A DNA stretch of 64,000 bases. Source: Patellaria atrata CBS 101060. Lineage: Eukaryota. Both the position numbers and the translations under genes were made by a program. The stretch lies in NCBI GenBank assembly GCA_010093705.1, contig MU006107.1, forward strand, positions 294,031 to 358,030, read 5' to 3'. Positions 1-13,942 of the stretch are shown piece by piece. The first letter of the stretch is position 1. Every line of letters starts with the position of its first letter. Below the pieces are notes generated by a model. That model worked only from the letters and a program-made list of their open reading frames with translations. It had not been told where the DNA came from and searched no databases.

Positions 1-666
1 TACATGAAGACAATAATCAAACCAAGGGTATACTGTACCTTGCTTGCTAGGTGAAGGATATGCCTAAAACGAACCCCTCTATAGCGACGAGCTGGATCCT
101 TCGAATAGCCGAGAACTCCATTAAGTATGACGGATAATGTGATGTATAATGACTATTAAAGGGTGAAATGGGCCTCCAGAGGTAGTTGAGGCTGTTCATG
201 TTGTGTAATGTACGCCCCTGACTTTCGTAGGGTCATACTTCCGTATTTGGAAATCTATACATGCCATGCCGGCTGGGTAAACCCCATGGAGTCTTCTTAC
301 GCCCTATACGATGCGGCGAATAAACAATCCCGGCGCAAATCTATATTGTAGATTTGAGTCCATCCATGACATGGAGCGGCTAAGTTGCAGCGGCGTGTTG
401 GTGCGTGAAAGGATGCGATGCGGGGATGAGAGCAAGTCGACTGTGAACGACAACTTCCCGGGTTATACTAGTGGAAAGACGTATGTGAGAATTTTCAACA
501 CCGAATCGAGGCCCAGAATACATACAGGATTCAGATGTAGATATTCGGTTCGTAGCTCATGCCGTTAGCCAATATAGCTGTGTTGTGATGTGTCTCAACC
601 TTGGCGGTTTTGGAAAGGTCTTTATAATCGTATTGGTAAAATCCACATTCAATGATGTGTAAAAAA

Positions 667-1770
667 TCATTTTCGTCGTGATCTAGTTTGTAATTTTCTC
701 CTTTTCTCGAATGCATCACCGATCTCGGCTCCGGAGCCCCTAGGGCCGTCTTCAATCGGTCTTTTGCGACTACGTTCAAGGACTCCAGACTTCACTCCTT
801 TTTTTTGCGTCAATCGATCAATTCGGTCGAGTCCAGTACCAAGATCCCTCCAATCTTCACCACCATATCCACCTTGTCTACCACGGCTAAGCCTACCCTT
901 TTCCTTCTTGCTAGGCTTCGGTAACCGCACAAAGTTTGCCTCTTCGTAGACTCTCCGCTCTTCTTCTGCCTCTCTCTCTTTCTTAGTGATAGTGCGCCGT
1001 CCCCTAGAAACAATTGTGCTGCCCACGCTTGGCTCCGCAACTGGTGCTGTGGACAATTCTGTCGATATGAATTCATCGAGAGTCGCCGATTTCATGGGTC
1101 GACTGTCAGATTTATCCTCACGACCTCGAGTAGACGGTAAAGCTGTCGGTGTAATACGTGGTGGCTGATAGATTCTGTCCGTGGATTTACCCTCAACTGA
1201 TGATTTCTCTAGCGGGGGTTCTGGGCGTCGGAAAGCGGCTGGATTAGGACGAAAAGAAAGCTCATCAACATCCTCCATAGGCGACGGCAGTCGTGGGACT
1301 TCATCATCACTTCCATCATCTTCAGACCCTTCTGCTGATTCCTCACTACTATCGCGGGTCTGCTTTATCTTCGGCTTTCTCTTTTCGTTTGGTTTTACCG
1401 CCTCGTTTCTCGACATGTCATCCGCGCAGCGGATGACTTTATCAATCTGGTATTTCAGACGTCCCTCTAGCGGCCGGACGCCCTTCTCTAGGTATGCACG
1501 GTGTTCTACGAGCCTTTTTACAACGTCCTCACAAAGATTGAGGGAATCACCTATAGCTTCTCCTCTTGCAATAGCGGATTGATTTTTCAGCTTGAGGATA
1601 ATCAGAAATACAAGGTTTTGGAGGTACGATAGAAATAGATCATTTTTGCTATCTAGCAAAGAAATTCCATCAGCTGGTGGAATGATATCGATCTCGTCGG
1701 GAAGTACAGTAATTGCGGAGTCTAAAGATGTAGTGAGACTCGTGAGTAGTTCCGGTAGTGTTGCAGCCAT
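667..1770 (-). CDS. LCP5: U3 snoRNP/SSU processome protein Lcp5 (neuroguidin; Sas10/Utp3/C1D family)
   Basis: Single-exon 367-aa ORF with GISLLDSKNDLFLSYLQNL, LVEHRAYLEKGVRPLEGRLKYQIDK, YQPPRI and EEERRVYEEANFVRL motifs typical of Lcp5/NGDN; basic C-terminus. Confidence 0.88.
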   Translation of the reverse strand: MAATLPELLTSLTTSLDSAITVLPDEIDIIPPADGISLLDSKNDLFLSYLQNLVFLIILKLKNQSAIARGEAIGDSLNLCEDVVKRLVEHRAYLEKGVRPLEGRLKYQIDKVIRCADDMSRNEAVKPNEKRKPKIKQTRDSSEESAEGSEDDGSDDEVPRLPSPMEDVDELSFRPNPAAFRRPEPPLEKSSVEGKSTDRIYQPPRITPTALPSTRGREDKSDSRPMKSATLDEFISTELSTAPVAEPSVGSTIVSRGRRTITKKEREAEEERRVYEEANFVRLPKPSKKEKGRLSRGRQGGYGGEDWRDLGTGLDRIDRLTQKKGVKSGVLERSRKRPIEDGPRGSGAEIGDAFEKRRKLQTRSRRK

Positions 1771-2034
1771 GACAGTCTACTTTCCAATGTTAATGTAGAT
1801 TTGAGAGGTTGGGAGAAAGTGTCAACGGGCGATTTAAATTTTTGATATTGCCAAGACGCTATCATATGTCTAATCCGAATTCGGTAACTCCGCAACTCCC
1901 AATATTCTTTTCACATACGACAACATTTGTGACGGAATTGACATAGTATGTTCCACTGTTATTGGACGAAACATACTTCCTTAAAGGGCATTTGAGGTTG
2001 AGATACCCAGTAGAGATCTTAACGCTCTACATGT

Positions 2035-3172
2035 TCATACTTGACGTCTCCCAAACACCCTAAATCGCTTTACGCCGCCATCAGGGATGATCACAAGCTT
2101 TACATGTGAGTACGCCATGTCCTCGATGTTTTGTAGCGCACTCCCATCATACTCATGCTCCTTGTCTGGACCCGCCTTCTGGGGTGACAAAATTTCCACC
2201 CAGCGCGGGTCATCGGGCCCCAATTCTTCCTCTGATCGAGATGCAAATACCTGAACCTTCTGCGGGAAGTTGCCCCTGAAGTGTGCCGTATCAATAACGA
2301 TCTTCTCTATGTGACCGGGCGTACCGAGCTTGATGATCGTCCAATCGACATGTGGTCCTCTCGTGCGCTTTGTTTCCCATCCGTCCCCCATATCCACACC
2401 TCGACCTGGTAATAATAGATTATCTTTCGTTCCGAAATGTTGATCCGAACAACTGACCGCGACGCCACCATTGACTGTCGCAGCCAGATCAAAAACCTCA
2501 TCAATTGCTTCCGGGAAGACGGGTACCGCGAGGCCGAACAGTCGGAATCTCGCAATACCCCCATCTGGATACATCAACAGCCTCACATGAGTGTAAGCCT
2601 TATCTGTCAGACTATGTAATATCCACGCTTGTCTTTGGCTCGGTCCACATTCCTTCCTTGACAAAATCGATTCCCAGCCGGTGAATTCCTCGTCTTTGAC
2701 AACTTCATCATCGCTGTTGAAGCATCCCTCGACTGCTATTTCGGGCGCGTGGTTTCCATTGAAGTAGGCCGTGTCGATCTCGACCCCCTTAACCTTCCCA
2801 CTGGCGACACCCAGGCGAATGACTACCCAATCAAATGGATTCGGGTTATGCCTACGGGTTTCCCAACCGTCATACCACGCACCGGCGTGGGTGAAAATGC
2901 CAGGTTTGCGTACAGGAGGCGTTGGGGTAGTGAGATTTTCAGCAGCTGCGAACCATTCGTCGGAGAATGAGAGAACACGGGAGCCAAGAGGTTTAGAAAT
3001 AAGATCTATTATGTATAATTGTTAGTTACTGCAGTTACTGTATATACGAGTTGTAGTCATTACCAATGCTGTTGGACCGAAAGGTCACGTCAATATCTTC
3101 AAGTTTAATAGGTTGTGAATCTGATAGTGTAGCCTGCTCCACGGATTCAGATAGAATAGAATGAATTTCCAT
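2035..3172 (-). CDS. DAL2: Allantoicase
   Basis: Exons 3172-3064 and 3005-2035 (GT-AG intron 3063-3006), 359 aa. Two allantoicase repeats: SDEWFAAAENL...DGWETRRHN...EIDTAYFNGN...YPDGGIARFRLFG and SDQHFG...DGWETKR...IDTAHFRGNFP...PDGGVKRFRVFG. Confidence 0.93.
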
Positions 3173-3543
3173 ACTGGGAGCGCTTAATACTTTCAAAATT
3201 TCTCAATTGGTCGTGTACGCTTTTCAAAAGCAAAGAATTGGTATGAAGTTAAGGGTTATTATACCCCACGTTGAGAATTACAAAAGTACTTTATGATCGA
3301 TACGCCGTGAGCGGGGCACTCCGCAATGACGACTTAAGTCCGGTTACGGTGTCGGCAACAGCCGATGAGAGAAAGGCGAGATAGCATGTATCAAGAGAAA
3401 ATGATTTTTCTATTGAGTCCCATCAGTTGGTTTCTGAGGAACGCCCAAAAACCAAGTCCAAAATTATACACCATTCGGCGTTCTTCTATGCAGAACCCCC
3501 TACCATCCCATCATAACATTTGCTACCCTATGCATACAATCAT

Positions 3544-6016
3544 TCAATCATCATTCCATTGAGAGTTTCCATAATTCACTCCGCTCGTTTTAGTGCCGCT
3601 TAAATCCAGTTTTGTTAGAAACTCGGGTGGTACCGTAGGTATATACTTTCTCTCACGTTCTCTGTTCAAACCCCCAAAGCCTGCGCCATAGCTCACCAGC
3701 ATATCTGTTGACGTGGGAAGAGAGAATGGGAGCATTAGACTCGGATCCAAAAGTAAGTCATCCGGAGTTTCTTCTTCGTAATACATATCTTCGCCTCGCC
3801 GCACGTTTTCATGTGATTGTGACGCTCGAAGATCCTGATTATCTTTTGAGGGTGTCGCCGGACTATTGTTCGAAGGAGACGATTGAGGTTGAGGAGATGT
3901 ACCAGCGTTTCTCCGCCTTTGTGTCTTTCTCTCAGCCCAATCAGTTTGTAACTTCATCAAAGACTTTATTGTCGGTTTTGGTAAAGTTGTCTCTCCAACC
4001 TCATATCGATAGTTTTTTACGGCGTGAATAAGCTGTAGAGGTGTGAGCAATGGTAGCGAATTCGCAGTCTTCTCGACCGCAGGGATTGTTTCTCCTAAAG
4101 AAGAGAAAACTTGGAGCCACTGCAAAAGCTGAACGATATGGGCTAAATGACGCCGACTTGCTTCTAGGGTCGTCTCACCGGTGGACGTCATAGATCCGTT
4201 CTCGTAGTGCTCAGGTTGACGGCTATTGGACCGTGCCCAGTCCTCCAATTGGGAAATATTCATGCGGATTTGCATCGCCTTGGTCCTTGCGAGGTATTTT
4301 TTATTATTTATAACGCGGTTAAACAATTCCGCTCCTAGCCAATAAAAGAGTTGAGATAAGATTTGGGACGTTATGACAGAATGAATATCGTAGATATCAA
4401 GGACGAATAAAGTAGATGAAAGGATAGAAGTAATATTTCTAGGTGACACTTGAGCTCTTCGTTTAGGGGAAGGGGGACGGTAACGTTTGTGTATAGGCTC
4501 TTCCATTTTCATCTTTGGTTTTGATCGAAATAATTTCCACTCATTCTGGAATTGGATATCCTCCATTCCGGGTATAGTCTCATGGTCCAACATAGCTGCA
4601 TCCAGAAACCTATCCATGCGGCGTTCTGCATCCCGAATGATGAAAATGAAGATATCGTTGATGAGTTCAGCAAGCTTGAGCTGAAATTCTACGCTCGATT
4701 GCACAAGACCTGCATCTTTCTTCAGATAGTGAAGAAGTAGGGTGGAGTTTGACATCCAGAAAGCAAGAATTGTCATATCCCACTGATAACGGTCAACAAC
4801 TTGCATAATCTTATCCATAGCCATGATAAGTAGCTTCTCCAACAGCTCGGGATTTGCATGATAATGTGCATAACGGGCGCTGAGAAAGAGAATGTTTGCT
4901 GGAACGGGTTTCTGAGAAGGCGATCTTTGTGGTTTCATGTCCGTAATGATTATATCCAGAATACGATCAAGCTCATTTTCTTGGAAAACAAACATCTGAT
5001 CGTTTAAGCATTTGTCCCATACAAAATCTTGACTATCTTCTAACTCTTCAGGAGACTTTAAAGCCGTTAGTAAGTGATTGGTAATAGGAAGCATGGCATA
5101 CAACTACCTCAGGTTGTTCATCAAGTCCTAAATTCCCGAGATCAACCTCAAGGTTGATTGCACTTTCCATAGCCATCCGTCGTCTCAACTCATTCTCGGC
5201 CATCTCTTCCTCAAATCTGTCATTTGAAAGGCCCGCATTGTAGAAGTCATCAGTCACTCCTACATTTCCGATCGTATATCCCCTCTCACTAAGATAATCT
5301 GGTATGTCGCTATCATGAGCAACAAAGTCTAAGGCGGTCCGTCCTGTCGATGACTTGACGTCTGGGGATGCGCCATAATCTAATAGAATCTTTGCAATGG
5401 ATTTATGGCCATTTGTCATCGCCCACATCAAAGGACTCCACTTATGACGGTCTTGAACATTGACGTCGGCGCGAGATTCCAAGATTGCACTAACAGTGGC
5501 TTCATGACCAAAACAACTAGCATAGATCAGCGGTGGAGTTCCATCGCCGTCTGGTGCGTTAATATCAACGTAGTCCTCTGCATTCTCCAGAATCCGCCGT
5601 ATTCTAGCAGCATCTCCATTTGAAGCAGCCATACTGAACGCACTTTGTAGAGCTTCTCTTTTTTCAGAAATTGATTTCTTCTCATCGTTTATAATAGCTT
5701 CTAGGTCTTCGGATCCTTGATCTTCTCTGAGACGAGCCTGAGACGCCATCATTTGAACAATCCTAGAATCGCCATCTTCTAAAGAACGTAGTGCTTTCTC
5801 GTCGCCATAGCTCGGATCATCTAGGGATAGATTGAAGTTCAACGGTTGAGGGGTGAGATACTGAGATTGTCCTGCCCACGCATCGTAAATCTCCGTCTCT
5901 TCCCCGAGAGGGTTGGGCGCAGTCCTTCTATCATCTAGAGATCGTGGTAAGTCGTCCGGTAGCTTCCTAGGGGTGGGTGTCCTGCTTTTGAACCCATTAT
6001 GATCTTCCGGGTCCAT
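3544..6016 (-). CDS. Ankyrin-repeat and Dilute (DIL) domain protein
   Basis: Exons 6016-5108 and 5055-3544, joined in frame across intron 5107-5056 (GTAGTT...CTAAC...AAG). Ankyrin repeats (TPPLIYASCFGH, SPLMWAMTNGH, GRTALD) followed by a myosin-V-type DIL domain (LFNRVI...KAMQIRMNISQLEDW...LTPLQL). Confidence 0.88.
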
Positions 6017-6680
6017 GGTTCGTTACGGTCATCCTAAAGGCGATACACCTCTATTGAAAATAAGCACAGTCGTGCCACAAACTTAGGCTATGGATAGATA
6101 CATAAGGGCGAAACTGATGTATGAACGGATGTTTATCGGTACGAGGGAGATGTGAGACCAAAGAACGTTATTACTTCTGAATGTCGCTCTAAGCTCCCAA
6201 TCTTATTTGCAACGAAAGTACGGAAGTTGTATATATCGAGTGTTACAACCTATTTAAGGCACGTCCAGTAAGGTAAGGTAACCAGCAGCCAATCCACAGT
6301 GGCGCTGTTTGGTTGTTGTATAAGGTATTTGTCCTTGCCCTGCAAGGTTCAAATCTGGCGGTGCGCGTCATTCCATTTGTGGCGCATTATAACAGGGACC
6401 GCGGTCATCAAGCTGCTTTGTTACGCTGCTGACTGAGGTACCTTTTCTGACACTCCTCTATCAATTCTTCCCTTGAAACACATTTCACAGTAACCGCATA
6501 CTGGAAACTCATCTGTACATATTATCGGCCTATACAGTTTACACCTTTCCACATATCATGATCCTCTACATTCCTCGTGCCGTTATCATCCTACCCGCAC
6601 TGTGACCGGCGGTCGCTTCATGGATTGAATATGTGAAGGGGAAAGGCGGGACCTTGCTCGCTGTTCTATTCCTACTCATC

Positions 6681-9600
6681 ATGGCTACTCAAGCCTCAGC
6701 GTTCGGTACCAAGGCTAACGCGGGGCCCTTCATATCATATATGTTTTCGCGTTTATCCGAGATTCCGGGCTATACGTGGAATTCAGAAGCTGAACCTTTT
6801 CATAGTGTAAGCACTCCAGACTCAAGCAGACCGGGAATAAGAACACCGCTGACTACGCTTAGTCCTACGATAATTGGCACTTCTTTGGCACTCGCCATGC
6901 GCCGGAAGAGAATGTACCTTCGGCCAAACGTACGACTTCGTCTGGTCTAGATTCGCGCCCTCCGCTGCGCGCTCATAAATCATCTAATAGTTCAACCTCC
7001 AATCCAGGTCTCCCCACGGATACTGGGGAGATAAGAGTGGTAGCTCGAGTCTCAAAACACACGCTTCGGATTGAGCGTGAGTTTCAGCTTTCGCGGAGTG
7101 TCACCAGCCAGAGTGACCCATCGTTTGAACATTTTGTACGCCCGATCGAGTTGATCCGCCTAGCCCAAAAACATGGGAACGATCTATTAGTCGTATCGAT
7201 ATTCGAGGCACCTGGTCCAAATTACCTACGAGAGCTGATCGAATTTGGACCAAATTTCTACAAGGGTACATCAAGAGAGGGCAATAGTTGGAATGTCGGA
7301 GGTGTCAATTCCCAGAGTTCAGGGAAAATCCCCCTAATGCTTTTCCTCAGTTTTGCTATTGGAGCAGCAGAGTGCTGCGAGATCCTGCATCACGGTAATC
7401 GTCTGGTTCATGGAGAGCTGCGGGGCGATGCTTTTCATTTTAACGCACAAACTGGGGCCGTAAAGATGATCAATTTTGGATCTGGAGCTAGATCATTTGA
7501 GCATGGATTGACATCTGCTGGATGGTCTACTCTTTCGAAAGAAGTCGGTGTCCAGCATAAGCTACAGTTTATTGCCCCTGAACAAACAGGCCGCTTGCCT
7601 GCCGAACCAGACAGCAGAACGGACATTTACAGCTTAGGCATCCTTTTCTGGACTATGTTGACAGGCGAGCCAGCTTTCGATGGCGACACTCCGCTTGATA
7701 TTATGCAGAATGTACTATCACGAAGAATACCTCCAGCTTCGTCAAGACGTGATGATGTCCCTAACGCCCTGAGCGTAGTGTTACAGAAGATGACCCAGAA
7801 AAATATAGAAGAACGGTATAAGTCGACCTCTGGGCTCAAATATGATCTTCTCAAAATCCAGGAATTGCTGAAAGTTGGAGACATCGAAGGGTTAGCCCAG
7901 TTCAAAACCGGAAGTAAAGACGTTTCCTGCTTTTTCAATCTTCCCACTCATCAAATAGGACGTCAGAAAGAGCGCGACGTTATCCTAGCCATCATGGATA
8001 GAGCTTCAAAATCGCGGCAAAAGTTGCATGATTTCAAGAGAAACCTCTACAGTGTCAGCTCGAATTCATCTGTAAATGACCCCCGACTGGACAATTATCA
8101 GGTCGACGATATGATTTCAGAAAGCACCAGTTCAAGAGGATCTCAAAGCCGGTTGAATAGTTTCGACCAGGGCCCCTTAGACCCTACGAAGAGTTTTAGA
8201 TCTCAGGAAAATACTAGTAGCAGCGGATCTCCAAGTAGGGAAGACTTGTCTCCGGTACCATCATCAAACTTCCCACTTCGGGCGCTTCCGGAGAGTCGAA
8301 ACTCTCACGCCAGTGTCGACGGTGGTTTACAGAGGTCCTCCTCATTATCCTCGGGACAGAAGACGGACAATTCTTCCGTACTTTTGAGAAGCAGTTCTAG
8401 ATTGAAGCGAAAAGGGAAGACTGAAGTTATTGCTATATCTGGGTTGGCTGGGCTAGGCAAATCCAGCTTGGTTCAAAGTATCCAAATGGCAGCTCGAAGT
8501 CATGGCTACTTCGCTGCAGGTAAATTCGATCAAACAAAAAAAGCTCCTTTTGACCCAATACTGAAATCAATGTCTTCATTATTCCGCCAAATTTTCTCCG
8601 AGAGCGATATATCCACTGAGTTTCACAACAACATTAGGTCTTTCGTCAAGTCAGCGTGGACGATTCTCTGCGGTTACTTAGATCTTCCTCCATGGCTATT
8701 AGATCCAAACTCCTCCCAGAGAACATCATCACCACCACAAAAGACTACCCCGCGCCATAGAAGTAGTAGTATGGATGTTAGGGCTGAACCAGGACATTGT
8801 GGAACCACTGGTAATACTGCCGCTGATTGGTTACGCTCGGGAGGGCCATCGAAGTCTTCACGTTTCATGAGCATTTTCCTGGATGTCTTACGTCTGTTTG
8901 CTGCTCAGAAGTTCATCTGTCTCTGCATCGATGACTTGCAGTTTGCTGATGACGAGAGCCTGGAACTTCTCCAGCGCATGGTCGCAGCGAAAATACCAGT
9001 TGTACTCATACTGACTTACAGACAAGAAGAATCACTAACCAAACCATTTCGATCGTTGATCAAATATGCGACTAGAATTCAACTTTCCCCGTTTACAGAG
9101 GATGAAACAGCCGAATACGTTTCCGCTACGCTCCATAGAGACCGTGATTATGCCCTTCCCTTGGTCGCCGTCATTCAAGAGAAAACAAATGGAAATCCAT
9201 TTTTCGTACGGGAGATGCTAGATACCTGCTACCGTAAGGACTGCGTGTACTACTGTTGGAGAACTTCCCAGTGGTGCTATGACCTCGACAAAATATTCAA
9301 CGAGTTTGAATCCCAAGCTTACGGATCGCAAATCAATAATGAGTTTATACTCAAGCGACTACAGGAGCTACCGCCAGTGTCAAGATGCTTATTAAGCTGG
9401 GCATCCCTTATTGGCAGCACTTTCTCATTTAGTCTTGTCAAGAAACTTATGAACGGAGATTTTACCAATTCAAATCAGCTTCCGGCCTTAACTCCCTCAG
9501 ATAATCCTGTTACCGGATTACAAGCTGCAATATCTGCATATATTCTCGTTCCCAGCGATAACGAAGATAAATTCGGCTTTGCTCATGATAGGTACATGCA

Positions 9601-12600
9601 GGCCGCTGCTACATTGAACGAATGCTATAATAAAGATGAGATGCATTTTGCAATCTCAAGGGCATTAATTGATACTGACTTTCAGGACCTTTCTAGCCGC
9701 TCAAGCGCAAAAGCACTTTATGTCAAGGCCAGGCATCTATGCCTCGCTGGCCAACTTGTCAAAGAACGAGTGGAACTTAGAGCTCCATTTCGTGATATTT
9801 TGTACCAAGCTGCAGAAAACGCTTGTGAGTCGGGAGCACGCTCCACTGGACTCTACTATTATAAAAGCTGCCTAGAGCTACTACAAGACAATCCCTGGGA
9901 CGAGAGTTTACAGGACGTGCACTATCAGGAAACTCTAACCCTGTACACTCGTACTGCAGAATGTTATTGGTACCAAGGTCATTTCGAAGCCGCCCTCAAC
10001 TTGTTAGAGGTGATTTTCGGAAAGGCGAAAGACGCTGTTGACAAAGCTCCGGCGTGGATCATACAATCTAGAGTCTACGCCATGAGGGGCGATAGCTTCA
10101 AGGCTTTTGAATCTCTGAAGCAATGCCTCTCCGACATTGGCCTCGGGATCCCTGAGAGTACATGGGAAGCTTGCGATACTGAGTGTCAAAGGATCTGTGA
10201 AAAATTAAAGGCCGTTGATCGAAATGAACTAGTCACTCGACCGCCGACGGAAAACAAAGTGATGCAGACAATAGGTGCCGTTCTTGTCGAATTACTCAGT
10301 GCCGCATTCTGGACAAATTCATTACTTTTCTATCAAATGAGCTTAGTCATGGTCGATATCCACTTAGAGAAAGCTACTTTCCCACAAATAAGTTTAGGCT
10401 ACACTCATCTAGCATCTATCGTCATAGGAAGGTTCGGCATGACGGAGTTCGGCCTGCAGCTTGGAGACATAGCGAAGCAATTCTTCCAAATATACAGAGA
10501 TGACTCGTACACCGCGGGTAGAGGACAAACCCTACACGCCCTCTTCCTCGGATATCTTCAAACCCATTTCAGGGATCAGTTGCCCGTTCTATCTCAAGCG
10601 CTAGATGCGACTGTTCTAGCTGGTGACCGAATTTTGACGCTGCTCAATACGGGTATTACGGCAAATTTCATGCTCTGGGGCGGTCATGATCTTGCTGATA
10701 TTGAATTATTCGTCAACGAAATACCATCTGAATTCCGCAACTGGAAGGAAGATTTCCGTGGCGGAGTTTTCCTCATCGCTGCTCGACAATATGCGATGGC
10801 TCTGCAAGGGAAGACGGGAATCCGAGACCCTACCACCATCTTCTCGGACGATGAGCACCAGACAGAGTCATATCTCGAGCTTCTTGATACAAGAACTTCA
10901 AGCCCGAAACGTCCTAGAACTATCTACCTAAGTCTGATGCTTGTCGTACTGTACCAATACGGATACATTACCAAGGCCATTGAGATAGGAGAAAGGCTTC
11001 TACCTATGATGGAGAGTGTCTTCTGCATGAGATTCTATTATTCGAACTTGACGTATCTATCACTCGCATACATCACCGCCATTCGTGCAGATTCATCACG
11101 CACGGACAAAGAAGAACTCCTAAACCGCATTCAACTTTACGTTACCAAGATAAAAGCACCCGCTACTGTGAATGATGTCAATTTTCGCACTTGGATCTGT
11201 CTATTGGAAGCTGAGCTTTCTGATCTCTCTGGCGACTACCGTGGAGCTCTCTCATCGTACGAGTCCGCGCTCGACCACGCCGAAATTCATGGATTCATTC
11301 TCGATGAAGCTCTTGTGCTAGAGCATTACGCGGAATTTCTACTTCGAGGTGGCTCACGGAGACCAGCACGAAAAATCATACTTGAATGTATGGCATGCTA
11401 TCGGAAAGTGAGCGCGTCTGGTAAAGCAGATCATGTTGGGCAGAAATTCGCCACACTACTCTTGATGAATTCCAGTTACGGCACTATGGATGTTGCCTGC
11501 CAAACCACAGTTATTGATACTGGCAACACCGCTTTCAAACTAGAGCAAAACGAGGATGAGACCGTCCGCCACCTTGGTGCCGAATCATCTATCGATAGAA
11601 CTAACGCTTGGGTAACTCCACAAGACTCTGATAAGAAGTCTGACCATCGAAACGATGCACCAAGTGGTTTCTCGGCTGTTGGTCTCGATATGATCGATCT
11701 GGCCAGCATTCTCGAATCTGGGCAAGTACTTTCATCTGAACTTCAAATTGATCGTCTACTTTCCAAGATGACGGAAATCATCGTGGAATCAACCGGCGCC
11801 GATCTAGGAGCAATTTGCATCGAGGATCAGACAAATGGCTGGACTATCGCAACTGTCGGAACACCTGATGGAGTTGAGACATATCGAGGCGGCCAGTCAT
11901 TGGATGATGTTGAAGATCAGGTTGCGAAACAGATCACCCTATACGTTCTCCGCTTCAAAGAATCCGTATTTGTGCAAAACCTACTTTATGACGATAGATT
12001 CTCGAATGTGAACGAGTCTTATCTAAAACGCAATCCAGAAGGCAAATCCGTTATCGCCATTCCCATTATTCACGGAGATAATGTTATGCTTGGGTCATTG
12101 TATGTTGAAAGTCCTCCAAATACACTTACCGAACGCCACAATGTGCTCCTCCAGCTTCTAGTAAACCAAATAGCTATATCATTAGCAAATGCAATGATGT
12201 TCAAGCGGCTGGAGAGAGTTAGTGCTCAAAACCAACTTATGTACGAGGCGCAAAAGGAATCCTTAGAAACAGCCAAAGCAGCGGAGAGAAAGGCGAAGAA
12301 AGCCGAGGCATTTGCTATCCAAAATATGAAACTCAAGGAGGAAGCAGCAAAAGCAAAATCAATGTTTCTAGCCAACGTTTCGCACGAGCTTCGAACGCCG
12401 CTAAACGGCGTGATTGGCATGAGTGAACTCCTCAAGGGAAGTAAGCTTAATTCCGAACAAGCTAGCTATGCGGATAGCATTCGCGTTTGCGCGGACACGC
12501 TTCTCTCGATCATTAATGATCTGCTGGATTTTACAAAACTCGAGGCTGGAAAGATGGAGATGTTCTCTGTGCCTATGAGTCTGACCGAAACGATCACAGA

Positions 12601-13942
12601 GGTCGTCCGTGCCCTTTCCTACACAAATTTCGAGCGCGGCTTGGAAACCATCGAACAGCTTGAGCTTGATCCCAACTTATTGGTCATGGGAGATCCAGTG
12701 CGGCTGCACCAAATCCTGATGAACTTGCTTTCGAATAGCTATAAGTTCACTCCCAAGGGAACTGTGACCGTAAAAGCCATAGTCGATAAGGAGACTCCGG
12801 TGGAGATATTCGTCACCTGTAGTGTTTCAGACACAGGCATTGGCATAACAGGAGAGCAACAAAAGAAGCTGTTCCTACCATTCAGTCAAGTGCAAAATTC
12901 TAGCTCGCGAAGTTTCGGTGGCACCGGGCTGGGCTTGAGTATCTGCAAAGCCATCATTGAGAATGTAATGGGCGGTAGGATATGGCTCGAGAGCACGTTT
13001 GGCAAGGGCACAACGGTATCGTTCTCTCTAAGCTTTAAGAAAGCACCCAAATCTGGAGTGCAGTCTCCAGAGGAGAGGGGCCGAGATCCTGATCCGATGG
13101 CCAAATTCTCGTCCTCCGAAGATAATGAGCCTCTTGAATCACCTGCGCTAATCGATCTATCGCAAATACCACGCGATCAGCTCCGGGTCTGCATAGCAGA
13201 GGATAACGCAGTCAACGCGCGCATCGCTATCTCCTTCGTGCAAAAGCTTGGCTTCAAATGTGAGGCATACGGCGACGGACAGAAGTGTATCGAGGCGCTC
13301 GAGAAAGCGAGCCAGGAAGGAAATCCTTTCCACTTGGCGAGTTCAAGTCTCTAAACTGAACATCCAATTACTAATACTATCTTACAGGTCCTCATGGACG
13401 TCCAAATGCCCGTCCTCGACGGTTACGACGCCACACGCGCCATCCGCAAGCACTCCGACCGTCTCGTCCGAGACGTCCTCGTCATCGCCATGACTGCGTC
13501 CGCGATCCAGGGCGATCGCGAAAAGTGCCTCGAGGCCGGCATGAACAACTATCTCGCGAAACCTGTGCGGGCACAGACGCTCAAGACGTTGCTCGAGAGC
13601 TATCTCAGGCATCCGACCAACAGCATCCCGAATCTGCAGCAGCATGCGAGACAGATCGCGAAGCAAGCTGTGAGTGAAGTTGCGGAGGCGAAGACGGTGA
13701 TGCCACCGTTGAACGGGGACACACCACCATTGCTAGAGTCAAGAGCGGCAAGTGATGAGGGTGATTTAAGTAGTGCAGGCTTGAACGGGAATGGGACGAA
13801 GACGCGCGATAGGGAAGGCAGTGCTGCCAGTATCGCCAGTGCATCCAGTACGAGTAGTAAGTACACCCTCCCGGTTGAGAGTACCGGCAATGGTACCGAT
13901 GTCGGTGGCGAAACGAGCGATACGGAGACAGTGAAAACGTAA
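6681..13942 (+). CDS. Group X hybrid histidine kinase (Ser/Thr kinase-like + P-loop ATPase + GAF + HisKA + HATPase + receiver; Candida Chk1 / S. pombe Mak2-3 type)
   Basis: Exons 6681-6806, 6863-13336 and 13388-13942. Kinase-like domain (HGELRG, INFG, APEQTGR), Walker A GLAGLGKS, Walker B CIDDLQ, GAF region, H-box FLANVSHELRTPLNG, GTGLGLSI, receiver AEDN...VLMDVQMPVLDG...YLAKPV. Confidence 0.93.

Noticed and set aside
1..660. Short ORFs at the window start
   Set aside because: No convincing spliced model or motif.
1980..2037. Possible stop-codon readthrough extension of allantoicase
   Set aside because: The context is TGA-ACA, not the TGA-CTA readthrough motif, and the extension ends in NAL, not a convincing PTS1.
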